DNA from: Phoronis australis | Lineage: Eukaryota > Animalia > Phoronida | Assembly (NCBI GenBank): GCA_002633005.1 | Contig: NMRA01000210.1 | Coordinates: forward strand, 310,001 to 374,000 | Direction of reading: 5' to 3' | Length of the DNA stretch: 64,000 bases | Position numbers and translations under genes: made by a program | Shown here: positions 25,001-36,910 of the stretch, in pieces | Layout of the letters: each line of letters opens with the position of its first letter | Numbering within the stretch: the first letter of the stretch is position 1 | The notes under the pieces: model-generated | Databases searched by the model: none | What the model was told of the DNA's origin: nothing | The model's input: the letters and a program-made list of their open reading frames with translations, nothing else

Positions 25001-28000
25001 GATCTCTATTTGCTTCTAATTCTGCTAAATTCTTTTGATAAGCCTCAGTCTGGTCTCATTTTCCATCGTCAGTGCCCAAGACGTACTGTACGTGATTTCT
25101 CAGCAGTGATGCTGCCCTCAACGCCCTATTGAACTGTCGGTTCATGTATACTGAAAATGTCTAGTTTCATCCGTGCACTACAATTGGCATATAAAGAGAA
25201 CATGGTTCACTGTTGGGGTAATTTCATAATTACCCTAGAATAATTTTTTTAGTAAATGTTCAAGGTAACTGTTTTGAATATTAATTTTGAGTGTCAGAAT
25301 GTTTTTTAAATAAAAGCTTAAAAATGGCTCTTACGTTCCACCAAGTATGATTTGACCACTTGCTGATAAAAATCTGATCTCAATGTGTTCTAAATTTAGA
25401 CCAAAGGGCGTTTCTGGGCTCGGGAGAGTTGATAGTTTGTTACTGAGTGAGGTTGAGTTCGGCATGTGAAATGAGCCACAGTGGCAAGCCATCTTGAAAA
25501 GCCTGGTTTCAAGTAATAACCTACTACCAGTTCTGCCCACGCCCAGATATTGCATCCAGTTTGACCATGCAACAGTTTGTGACCATGCAACAGTTTGTGA
25601 CCATGCAACAGTTTGTGACCAATTCCATGAAGATAAGTGGTCTAAAGTTTTTGTGATTGAAAGCAGAATTTATTTCCGCTTTGACTTGTTTACCACTTGT
25701 TGTAAACAAAAGGCTATGGATTGTGCTCAACTTTGTGAGTGTCATGTCGACTTGTGTCCAATAGCCTTTTACCAAGATCCATCACTGCCAGTTTGTGTTC
25801 TCATTATGTCAGGGAATTCCGTTAAAGTTACGTGAGATCCTAGAAAATGTCCATGTTTGGCTAACTTTGGATCATCATACTTTGGATATGACTGATCATG
25901 TTCAAATAAAAGTTTTGTATTTTATGGTTTATCCTGTTTTCAAAAACAGCTTTTAAGAATTGCTTTTAAAAGGTTACAATTTTGCATGAGGGGCTATCAA
26001 AAACAGGACTTTTGATATTTTTATGGAAAAATTGAAACAAAATAATTTAGAAAAACTGGAGTAGCATTTTTGAGATTTTATCTTGAAAATGTATACCAAA
26101 TAAAATTTGGTTATATAATGGATACCACTTTTTTGTATGAATTTTCTTTTTTCCTAATTTTCAATGAAAAGACAGGCTCATGTTACCCAGTTAAAGTAAA
26201 ACTTCTGCTTGCTTTCTACTTTGAGAAAGTGTATTTCCTTTTAGATATTTGGATGAATCCACAGACCTGTTAAAGTCTGTTACTGACCTTCACTATTCGT
26301 TACAGGTGACATAACTCCACATTACAGAGATCTGATACTGTCAACATGTCTGCGGGGTGCCCGCGACAGCGATCCCTTTGTCAGAGCCAGTGCTGTGTCC
26401 AATATGGCCGAAGTGTGTAAACTGCTCAGGTTCTCTCTATCCCACAATATACACGAGGTAGGTGTGTCTAGAGAAGTGTTATCACGGATACGAGTGCTCT
26501 CTGGTTCCAAACTGTAGAAAGTACCTGTCAGTCATCTGTTTACATTGTACAGTCACTGATTGTCCTTAATCATTATGTATGCAGGTTTTTGGGATTGGTA
26601 GGTCTTGTTTCTTAAGGCTGCTATGTACCTGCATTCTGACAAAACACGAATTGGTCTCAGATTGGATGGGATTTGCTGGCTGGGGAAAAACTGACAGTTC
26701 ATTATAGCTTGAGATGAGGCTCAGTTGGGTTGAGCCGGTACGTCTGCTGAGCATGGCCTCAAGCAATAATGAATTGCAAGTTCTTCCCACACTTCACTTA
26801 TAATCTTGAGTAAGGACTGCATCCTGATCATTTTACATTCGGTACATGGTCTGAATCACAATTTTTGACAGAAAGTTGGTTTATAGCACGTTTAAAACTC
26901 TTTCATTGCCCGGTGTGCCTTTCGGCAAATTTCACATTCGCTGCCAAATGCACCGATCAGCGAGTTTGGGTACTTGGCTCTTCTTGACATAGTTAATCCT
27001 AAATTTCATGGGATATAACTACACCTTAATGACATCAGTCAACAGTTTAGCCAAATCCTGAATCAAAGGCATTTTTATGCGTCCACATATTTATAATGTG
27101 GACGCATTATGCTGTCACCTCCGTCCGTCCATCCAGCGTCCGCAGGTCTATCTCCAAAACCCTTTGACGTACATTCATGAAATTTTGCTCATTTGTTCTC
27201 TGTATCTTCAAAGGTCCTCAACCTATTTTCACAAAGTTTGGCATGTACGCATATATTAATGAGATGACGCTATGATCCCGTTTTCGGATGGATTTGACAT
27301 AGTTTGCGCCACTAGTGGCAATTTTGCTGTTTTGAGCCTGTTTTTTGGTGTCCACCCCTCTATCAACTAAACTGCTCTCAGGATGATTGTGAAAATTGGC
27401 ATGTATGTTCTTACTATGAAGAGGACGTCTGACGATAATTTTCCAGCGATTTTGACTACTGTGGCGCCTTCTAGTGGCAGTTTTGTTTTTTTTGCGCCCA
27501 TGGTTTAATCTCCTAAACCGTTTGCAGGACCTGTACTAAATTTAGCATGTGTTTTTATATGATGTTGACCACAGACAACGTCATCTTTCGGATGGATCTA
27601 ACTACCAGTGTGCCCCCTATTGGCAATTTTAGTTTTTACGTTTACCTCTGTATCTTCAAAGGTCCTCAACCTATTTTCATAAAATTTGGCATATGGGCAT
27701 CTATTAGTAAGATGACACTATCCTCTCATTTTTGGATGGATTCGACATAGCTTGCGCCACCTAGTGGCCATTTTTAATGTTTTTGAGTCGTCTTTTTGGT
27801 GTCCACCCCTCTATCAACCAAACTACTCTAAGGATGATTGTGAAAATTGACATGTATGTTCTTACTACAAAGAAGATAGGTGACAATGATTTTCTGATGA
27901 CTTTGACTGCTGTGGCGCTTCCTAGTGGCAGTTTTGTTTTTTTGCGCCCTTGGCTGTATCTCCTAACCCGTTTGCAGGATCTTTATTAAATTTAGCAAGT

Positions 28001-31000
28001 GTATTTATATGATGTTGACAATGGATGACGACAACTTTCGGACGGATCTGACTACTGGTGAGCCCCCTAGTAGCAGTTTTATTTTTTTAGGTTTACCTCT
28101 GTATCTTCAAAGGTCCTCAATGGATTTTCAGAAAATTTAGAATATAGGCATCTGTTAGTGAGATGATCTATCCTCCCGTTTTCAAGTGCAATCGAGATAC
28201 TTTGCTCCACCTAGTGGACATTTTTGCTGTTTTCAACTCTGTTTTTTAGCGTGCATCCTCGATCAACCAAACCATTCTAAGGATGATTTTGAAAAAATTG
28301 GTGTATATGTTCTCAGTGTGAAGAGGACGGTTGACGATGATGACTTCGACTACTGTGGTGCCTTCTAGTGGTAGTTTTGTTTTGCGTCCATAACTGCATC
28401 TCCTAAACCCCTTGCAGGATCTTTGTTAAATTTATTGTATTTATAGGAAGCTAACAACAGACGATGCCTTTCAGGCGAATCCAACGAATACTACTGTGCC
28501 CCTTAGGGGCAATTTCATTCTTTCCATTTTCCTTTGTTTCTGTGATTAAGTTCCTTGACATATTTGTTTAAAATTTGGTATACAGCTCTCTTAAAGAAGC
28601 AATGGGATGTTCCTGTTTTCAGATGGATTGGATGTTTTTGTGCCATCTATTGTCCATTTTTATGAAACAAATAAACAGCCCTAGAAGCACACCGTTTGCG
28701 GTGCATTCATGGGCACATTTCAACGCTCCGCGTTGCTCTTGTTCCAGTTTTTTGAAGAAATTTCTGTCCATCGCTTGTTTGTCGAATTGCACTTGATGCA
28801 ATGGTCTCTAAACTGTCCATCATCGAGGTTTAATTGACTCAGTTGCAAATAATTCTAATTCATGATCTGAGTTTGAAATGTCAGATGTAAGACAAGATAT
28901 GCACTGGGATCGACAGGTATGTATGTCAACCAAAACTCTTTGTTAACCATTGATAGTTTTTTTCCTGAAATTTTGAATACTCTAGCTGGCAAATACCTGC
29001 CTCTACATATTGCATATCACAGGCACCTGTATCAGCTCTTGACGATTTATTATAGTATATCATCGAGGGCTGATTAAAGGTGCCTGTGATCATATTTTTA
29101 AAATTGAAACATCGATAACACTTTTAGAGCTGTCTTAGTCATTGCACCCAATGTTCAACGCATCCTTGAAATTTATTTGGTGCTGGTAGAAACAGTTTTA
29201 AAAGCATGACAGTAAGAATTAACCCAGGATTATCTGATATGCTACTAGCTATGATTGATTTCAGCAAGCGCTGTGCTATTAATATGTCATTTTGTATCAA
29301 TCTTTGTGTTTGCCAAATCATTGTTCTTCATGTAAAAATAGGCTAGACCTGCTCATTTTTAGATGCCCAGTGCCGAGTCCCTTTTGTGGCACTATTTATT
29401 TGTTGCAAGTGTTGTAAACTTTGTATTTGATTTGTTGTTTTTTTTTACTTTCTTGCTTCTCGCAAGTTGTAAATTGCACATCAAGCAACTACTGTGACAT
29501 GTGCCCCAGGAGATCCTGCCGTCTGCCCATATATGGCCTGATGCCACTCATCTGATGCCTTCCTATCATAGTGTTTATTCTTCTGTAGGTGTTCAACTGT
29601 TGCAGTAGCCTTCTCAAGACAGACAAACATGCAGAAGTACGTCAAGCAGCAGCCATGCTGATTACTATGATGTTAACTGGTCTTGGAAATGATGCCTTGA
29701 AAGTGAGTGGACATTAAATTTAGCAACACCGTTAGCCGTAGGATGGCTTTTTATACAAAGTGCATATTGGGTGAAGGCTTTCTTTTATATTCTCTCATCT
29801 CATCTATTTCCAACCGTTTAAACACATCAGAAGATGGTAGATTCATCAAGATTCACTTAACACCATTTCGTTGGATGCTTCCTAACTCTTACCCATGTAT
29901 AATTTCTGAAAGCCAACTCTTACTGTCCGTTCCTTTCTCATTGGAAATTTGCCTTAAAGAAGCCACGTCATATTACTAGATAAATAAAAAGCAATTGCGT
30001 GGCCACCAAGTTTTTAAAATCCACAAATCTAAGAAGCAAATCAAAGTGTAAATAGACCGCCTTGCTCCACTTGAATGTGATGCAAAGGTCATATGTCAAA
30101 GATCTGAATGAATGTCGCGTTGCATGCAGTTGGGTGAACACCTTGAAATTGGTCCACTTTTGTGTGTTTCTCATGTCTGCACAATTAATTGGGCTTGGGT
30201 CTATACAGCTCAAGCCATCAGATGTAAGTTAAGGCAGTGCAGGTCCCTAGATTAATGGCCAAATTTGACTAACTTTGGAACATCAAATCTCAGAAGTAGC
30301 TGATCAGATTCACATGAAAATTTCAGGTACAGTGTTTTGTACACTGTTCTTAAGAGTTCTGTTAGAATTGCTTTTAAATTGTTCCACTTCGGCACGAGTG
30401 GCTGTCAGAAAATAGGAGTTGGATGGATTTCACAAAAACATGAAAGTCGCATTAACTTGCATAAAATGAAAATGAAATAATTTTAAAAACCGTAATAGCC
30501 ATTTTTCTTGGAATTTAGATCAAACGGAATTTGGTCATGTTATTGATATCACTGCTTGGCTTTGTATGTACCTCTCTTTTTTGCTTAAGTTTATTAAAAA
30601 TAAATTCTTTTACTCTGAAAATATTGAGCTAATTACTTGTCAGTAAGGTTCTTCATAAGCTTAACTTGCATATAGGCAGATTTAGGGAAATATGTCCACC
30701 GATCTTATTTCTACCTTCTGATGAAAACTGGCGGCGAGTCGAAGTATGATACAAACCCTCTATAAACCAGGTTCTGCTGTCCNNNNNNNNNNNNNNNNNN
30801 NNNNNNNNNNNNNNNNNNNNNNNNNNNNNNNNNNNNNNNNNNNNNNNNNNNNNNNNNNNNNNNNNNNNNNNNNNNNNNNNNNNNNNNNNNNNNNNNNNNN
30901 NNNNNNNNNNNNNNNNNNNNNNNNNNNNNNNNNNNNNNNNNNNNNNNNNNNNNNNNNNNNNNNNNNNNNNNNNNNNNNNNNNNNNNNNNNNNNNNNNNNN

Positions 31001-34000
31001 NNNNNNNNNNNNNNNNNNNNNNNNNNNNNNNNNNNNNNNNNNNNNNNNNNNNNNNNNNNNNNNNNNNNNNNNNNNNNNNNNNNNNNNNNNNNNNNNNNNN
31101 NNNNNNNNNNNNNNNNNNNNNNNNNNNNNNNNNNNNNNNNNNNNNNNNNNNNNNNNNNNNNNNNNNNNNNNNNNNNNNNNNNNNNNNNNNNNNNNNNNNN
31201 NAGTTTGCGCCACCTAGTGGCCATTTTTAGTGTTTTCGAGTCTGTTTTTGTGCGTCCACCCCTCTATCAACCAAACCGCTCGAAGGATGATTGTGAAAAT
31301 TGGCATGTATATGCTTACTATGTAGAGGATGGTTGACGATGATTTTCAGACGATTTGGACTACTGTGGCGCCTCCTAGTGGCAGTTTTTTTTGCACCTAT
31401 GGCTGTATCTCCTAAACCGTTCGCAGGATCTTTACGAAATTTAATAAGTGTATTTATATTATGTCAACAACAGACAATGACGACTTTTGGATGGATCCGC
31501 CTACCAGTGTGCCCCCTTGTGGCAATTTTATTTTTTTACGTTTACCTCTGTATCTTCACAAGTCAACGGATTTTCATGAAATTTGGTATGTAGGCACCTA
31601 TTAGTGCGATGACGCTATCCTCCCGTTTTCGGATGGATTCGACATATTTTGCGACACCCAGTGGCCATTTTTACTGTTCTTGAATCTGTTTTTTGGCGTC
31701 CACCCCTCTATCAACCAAGCCGCTATAAGTATGATTGTGAAAATTGGCATGTATGTTCTTACTATGAAGAGGACGGTTGACGCATATTTTAATAAGATGA
31801 CACTATCCTCTCATTTTTGGATGGATTCGACATAGCTTGCACCACCTAGTGGCCATTTTTAATGCTTTTGTGTCGTTTTTTTTGGCATCCACCCTCTATC
31901 AACCAAACTGCTCTAAGGACGATTGTGAAAATTGGCATGTATGTTCTTAATACAAAGAAGATAGGTGACAATGATTTTCTGATGACTTCGACTGCTGTGG
32001 CGCTTCCTTCCTAGTGGCAGTTTTTTTTTGCGCCCTTGGCTGTATCTCCTAACCCATTGGCAGCATCTTTACTAAATTTAGCAAGTGTATTTATATGATG
32101 TTGACCGCAGACAGCGTCATCTTTCAGATGGATCTGACTACCAGTGTGCCCCCTATTGGCAATTTTAGTTTTTTACATTTACCTCTGTATCTTCATAGGT
32201 CCTTAATGGATTTTCAGAAAATTTTTAATATAGGCATCAGCTAGTGAGATGACCTATCCTCCCGTTTTCGGGTGGAATCGAGATGCTTAGCTCCACCTAG
32301 TGGTCATTTTTGCTGTTTTTAACTCTGTTTTTTAGCGTCCACCCTTGATCAACCAAACCATTCTAAGGATGATTTTGAAAAAATTGGTGCATATGTTCTC
32401 AGTGTGAAGAGGACGGTTGACGATGATGACTTCGACTACTGTGGTGCCTTCTAGTGGTAGTTATGTTTTGTTTTGCGCCCATAACTGCATCTCCTAAACC
32501 CATTGCAGGATCTTTGTTAAATTTATTGTATTAATATGAAGCTAAAAACAGACGATGTCTTTCAGGCGAATCCAACGAATACTGTGCCCCTTAGTGGCAA
32601 TTTCATTCTTTCCATTTTCCTTCGTTTCTCTGATAAAGTTTCTTGAAAGATTTTTTGAAATTTGGTATATAGCTCTCTTAAAGAAGCAATGAGATGTTCC
32701 CGTTTTCAGATGGATTGGACATTTTTGTGCCATCTATTGGCCATTTTTATGAAACAAATAAACAGCCCTAGAAGCACATCGTTTGCGGTGCATTCATGGG
32801 CGCATTTCAACGCTCCGCGTTGTTCTTGTTCCAGTTTTTTGAAGAAATTTCTGTCAATCCCTTGGTTGTTGAATTGCATTTGATGCAATGGTCTCTAAAC
32901 TGTCCATCATCGAGGTTTAATTGACTCAATTTCAAATAATTCTAATTCATGATCTGAGTTTGAAATGTCACATGTAAGACGAGATATGCATTGTGATCGA
33001 CAGATATGTATGTCAACCAAAACTCTTTGTTAATCATTGATAGTTTTTTTCCTGAAATTTTGAATGCTCTAGCTGTCAAATACCTGCCTCCACATATGTC
33101 ATTTCATAGGCACCTTTATCAGCCCTCGAAGATTTATTATAGTATATCATCTAGGGCTGATTAAAGGTGCCTGTGATCATATTTTTAAAATTGAAACATC
33201 GATAACACTAACTAGAGCTGTCTTAGTCATTGCACCCAATGTTCAACGCATCCTCGAAATTTATTTGGTGCTGGTAGAAACAGTTCTAAAAACATGACAG
33301 TAGGAATTAACCCAGGATTATCTAATGTGTTACTAGCTATGAGTGATTTCAGCAAGCACTGTGCTATTTTAATATTAAATATGTCATTTTGTATCAATCT
33401 TTGTGTTTGCCAAATCATTGTTGATCATGTAAGAAGTAGGCTGGACTTGCTCATTTTAGATGCCCAGTGCTAAGTCCCTTTTGTGGCACTATTTATTTGT
33501 TGCAAGTGTTGTAAACTTTCTATTTGATTTGTTGTTTTTTTTTTTACTTTCTTGCTTCTCGCAAGTTGTAAATTGCACATCAAGCAAATACTGTGACATG
33601 CGCCCCAGGAGATCCTGCCGTCTGCCCATATATGGCCTGATGCCAGTCATCTGATGCCTGCCTATCACAGTGTTTATTCTTCTGTAGGTGTTCAACTGTT
33701 GCAGCAGCCTTCTCAAGACAGACAAACATGCAGAAGTACGTCAAGCAGCAGCCATGCTGATTACTATGATGTTAACTGGTCTTGGAAATGATGCCTTGAA
33801 AGTGAGTGGACGTTAAATTGAGCAACACTGTGCATGTTGGGTGAAGGCTTTCTTTTATATTCTCTCATCTCATCTATTTCCAACCGTTTAGATACCTGAT
33901 TTCAGAAGATGGTAGATTCATCAAGATTCACTTAACACCTTTTCGTTGGATGCTTCCTAACTCTTACCCATGTATAATTTCTGAAAGCCAGTTCTTACTG

Positions 34001-35433
34001 GCTGTTCCTTTCTCATTGTAAATTTGCCTTAAAGAAGCCGCGCCTTATTACTAGATAAATAAAAAGCACTTGCGTGGCCACCAATTTTTTAAAATCCACA
34101 AATCTAAGAAGCAAATGAAAGTGTAAATAGATCGCCTTGCTCCACTTGAATGTGATGCAAAGGTCATATGTCAAAGATCTGAATGAATGTCGCGCTGTAT
34201 GCAGTTGGGTGAACACCTTGAAATTGGTCCACTTTTGTGTGTTTCTCATGTCTGCACAATTAATTGGGCTTGGGTCTATACAGCTCAAGCCATCAGATGG
34301 CCTGTAGTTTGTAAGTTAAGGCAGTGTAGGTCCCTAGATTAATGGCCAAATTTGACTAAATTTGGAACATCATATATCAGAAGTAGCTGATCAGATTCAC
34401 ATGAAAATTTCAGGTACAGTGCTTTGTACACTGTTCTTAAGAGTTCTGTTAGAATTGCTTTGAAATTGTTCCACTTCGGCATGAGTGGCTGTCAGAAAAT
34501 AGGAGTTGGATGGATTTCACAAAAAAAACCCATTAAAGTTGCATTAACTTGCATGAAATGAAAATGAAATAATTTTAAAAACCATAATAGCCATTTTTCT
34601 TGGACATTTAGATCAAATGGAATTTGGTCATGTTATTGTTATCACTGCTTGGCTTTGTATGTACCTCTCTTTTTTGCTTAAGTTTATTAAAAATAAATTC
34701 TTTTACTCTGAAAATATTGAGCTAATTACTTGTCAGTAAGGTTATTCATAAGCTTAACTTGCATATACGCAGATTTAGGGAAATATGTCCACCGATCTTA
34801 TTTCTACCTTCTGATGAAAACTGGCGGCGAGTCGAAGTATGATACAAACCCTCTATAAACCAGGTTCTGCTGTCCAAAACAACTTAAAATGACATTACGT
34901 TCTTGTCCTTGATGGAACCGAAGTTGGCTTTACACTAAGATGTCTGGAATTTCCACTGCGCCATACTTGTTTGGAAGCACAAACTATCCCACCATGACAA
35001 GTTACGACGTTCTGTCCTTCTCAAGCCTTAGTTCTGTTCTGATTATGGAGCAAGATGAGTCTGATTTACATGGACCTGAATTAGCAGTTGTTTTTGACAA
35101 AAGGTACAGGGTTATTGCTTCTTCAATTGGTAACTCCTTTCCCACACACAAATGCATAATTTTTGTGAAAATTCCCCATCCATTGTTCAGAAATAGTTAC
35201 TTTGCCTCCTACATCATTGTTAAACTTCATTAAATGTTAATTCCGTTTTCTAGGTGTTAGATGCTGTTATTCGAGATATCTACAGATTGCTCAAGTTGGT
35301 CTACAAAGCTGAACAGGACGAGGCCGTATTACTTAATGTGGCTATGGCATTGGAGGAACTCGACAGAATCATGAGGGAGCTGTTGTTCCCAAAGCAGACT
35401 CTTGAAAAAAAGATAAGTGTTCTCCATCCTTGA
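10097..35433 (+). CDS. TANGO6: Transport and Golgi organization protein 6 homolog (RTP1-like HEAT-repeat protein), ~1056 aa; exons 10097-10163, 10472-11217, 12019-12160, 12749-12855, 13785-13947 (duplicate 15790-15952), 17500-17570, 18901-19013, 19461-19619 (duplicate 20058-20216), 21301-21409, 22574-22783, 23446-23565, 23847-24564, 26306-26457, 29589-29702 (duplicate 33688-33801), 35254-35433
   Basis: All junctions are GT-AG and phase-compatible; total 3171 nt = 1056 codons plus stop. Recognisable TANGO6 motifs: LQFVVGLSISPYLLPGVGVPL, PVWLRK...LLSQQLMKPDGV, IPVQGHGLIAL, HTDSYVYLAGVQAL, RLKMGEVLVK, DPFVRASAVSN, and C-terminal ALEELDRIMRELLFPKQTLEKKISVL. The first coding exon is the least certain. 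Confidence 0.93.
12235..12553 (-). mobile_element. tRNA-derived SINE-like element in a TANGO6 intron
   Basis: Minus-strand head ggccccgaTGGCTCAGTGG (A box, 12545-12535) ... GGTTCAAGTCCC (B box, 12518-12507). It lacks a complete cloverleaf and is followed by a non-tRNA body; the 3' boundary is approximate. Confidence 0.55.
13218..17364. repeat. Tandem duplication (13218-15219 / 15221-17364) joined at N15220; includes TANGO6 exon 5 twice
   Basis: Near-identical copies with scattered substitutions and an extra ~150 bp (~16553-16703) in copy 2. Confidence 0.95.
18704..18866. mobile_element. Short palindromic MITE-like element
   Basis: The arms (ataaaataattattgg...tgttggttttcaga...) and (...tctgaaaaccaaca...caatgattttattttat) are imperfect reverse complements around a central ctcggctctgcctt. 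Confidence 0.6.
19260..20425. repeat. Tandem duplication (19260-19828 / 19830-20425) joined at N19829; includes TANGO6 exon 8 twice
   Basis: Near-identical copies; the exon copies differ at P/L and G/S codons. Confidence 0.95.
21880..21968. repeat. 26-bp minisatellite (cttgactcagataagtaagtcaaaat) x~3.3
   Basis: Directly visible. Confidence 0.9.
23210..23252. repeat. 11-bp tandem repeat (atgcccaagcc) x~4
   Basis: Directly visible. Confidence 0.9.
24568..24690. repeat. Imperfect (GGT)n/(GGTGCT)n microsatellite at the start of TANGO6 intron 12
   Basis: Directly visible; it produces the spurious WWWWCWCWCWWW tail of the ORF track. Confidence 0.9.
25557..25620. repeat. 18-bp minisatellite (tttgtgaccatgcaacag) x~3.5
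   Basis: Directly visible. Confidence 0.9.
27072..28743 (+). mobile_element. Helentron-associated interspersed element (HINE / DINE-1 / pearl-like), full length, with an internal ~150-bp tandem array in ~450-bp higher-order units
   Basis: T-run, then 5' inverted repeat atgcgtccacat...atgtggacgcat (27077-27107); short GTCC repeat; array with motif copies at ~27306, 27463, 27610, 27754, 27915, 28060, 28204, 28359, 28496, 28640; 3' subterminal copy atgggcacat; stem-loop caacgc-tcc-gcgttg (28721-28735); ends in ctcttgtt. Confidence 0.8.
30783..31201. other. Assembly gap (N run)
   Basis: Run of n. Single n also at 8894, 15220, 19829, 40341, 45618 and 52645. Confidence 1.
31202..32830 (+). mobile_element. 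HINE-like element, second (probably allelic) copy, 5' end lost in the gap
   Basis: Same ~150-bp units and the same 3' terminus (atgggcgcatttcaacgctccgcgttgttcttgtt). Confidence 0.8.
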
Positions 35434-36569
35434 ATATCATGTGTCAGTGCTACTACTTGAAACTATGGTGATGGTGGAGTAAGACAGAGTCCTAAGGGAG
35501 CTGTTAATCCCAAAGCAGGTTCAAGAGAAGATAGCTCTGGACTGTAAAACCCAAGAAATGTCCAACATCAAGATCTGATCAAGAATCACATGCGATTAAA
35601 CTTGACAAACAAGCCTGTGTTGGTACACCATGCTGTGGTAGTAAGCAGGTCGGAGCTTAGGCAGTAAAGAAAAGTCGACCGTTTTTCTCCGTTTGAAGTT
35701 TTTTTGGTGATGGTATTTCATAAAAAACACATCTTATTCTCGACATTTGTTGAACGTCGATTGGAAATAGTATTTTTTTAAATATTGGTTAGCGTCAGGC
35801 GTGCTGTTTACAGCATAATTGCTGGATTACATGAGCTTATCATATGAACGCAATGTGAGAGCTGAACCATGTAAACATTGGTTTGCCAACTTTCTCCCCT
35901 GCTGTCGCTGCCAAACTGATAACAATATGACTGTAAGCCGAGTTCCCTATCAGCAAAGACAGGAAACTCACTCCACTGTGTGAGCGCAACATATTGTACA
36001 TCCATGTAGAGAATGTGATGTGTGGTGGAGTAGTGATGAACAGTAACTATTCATTTGGAAGTTTTTTCTACTGAAGTGAAATTTTTCACACTGGTGTTGT
36101 AAGGACAAGTTTGCTGTGTGAAATACATCCAAGGATGGAGGATTTCCTTGAGATTTAAATGTGATACCGGTAGTTTTATTTTATTGATCTTTATTTGGAT
36201 AACAATGTTGAAATTTGAGATCGATATGTTAAATGTGTCTATTGGTGCACCATTGTAAATAGAATATTCCTTCTTGTCCACACATTGAGTTTGATTGCTT
36301 CACATGCGTTTTTACTTTTATGTTGTAGCAAAAACGCATTTATGATTTTCATGAAACAACTAAAAAGTTGCCACAGTAAAACAATGAATTTAAAACTGTA
36401 TGTCTTACTGAGATTTCATCTTAAACATTTATATCAAACAGTTTTGGTCATGTGATGATACCGTTGTTTAGCTATGATTGTAGGTTTCTTTTATAAATTT
36501 AAACAGACGTGGTCACAATATTCAATCAACCGCAGAAATTAAACTCTGCTTTCTGTGACTCAAGAAGAA

Positions 36570-36910
36570 CAAGAGGCGGTGAGCTGGGTAACTCCCAGTC
36601 TTACTACCAAGGGTTTGAGTAGTCTGGCCAGGTCTCAACTGCAGCTGGTAATGCAGGTCACAACAGGCCACTGTAACCTGCAGAAACAAGAAAACAGGCC
36701 AAGGAGCAGAATCCAACTGCCCGAAATGCTAGATGGAAGAAGCACTAAAACACCATGTCGGTCGGTGTTTCACTTTAATACCAAATATTAGAAAAGAATG
36801 CTTTGGAAGTAAAGCAGGTTCAGTGAAAACTAACACAGCTAACAAATTATAACACTTGCAAAATTCCTCAAGCAGGCAGGTAGACTTGCCGAGTATGAGC
36901 TGTAAAATTA
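36570..36910 (+). mobile_element. 5'-truncated non-LTR retrotransposon (LINE) ORF2 C-terminal remnant
   Basis: LARSQLQLVMQVTTGHCNL, then in a shifted frame CPKC*MEEALKHHVGRC. This resembles the TGH plus CCHC zinc-knuckle end of I/LOA/R1-type ORF2. Confidence 0.55.

Larger units (their letters stand above)
27300..34875. repeat. Tandem duplication (~27300-30782 / 31202-34875) joined across the N-gap; includes TANGO6 exon 14 and most of the HINE-like element twice
   Basis: Both copies end in identical ...aaaccaggttctgctgtcc; the sequence between them is collinear with substitutions and small indels. Confidence 0.92.

Noticed and set aside
30653-31336. Long ORFs in the ORF track
   Set aside because: They are artefacts of translating the N gap.
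13785-33801. Mutually exclusive duplicated exons in TANGO6 as a genuine splicing system
   Set aside because: Every duplicate pair is joined at an N and the flanking intron sequence is as similar as the exon; assembly of two haplotypes is the simpler explanation pending long reads.
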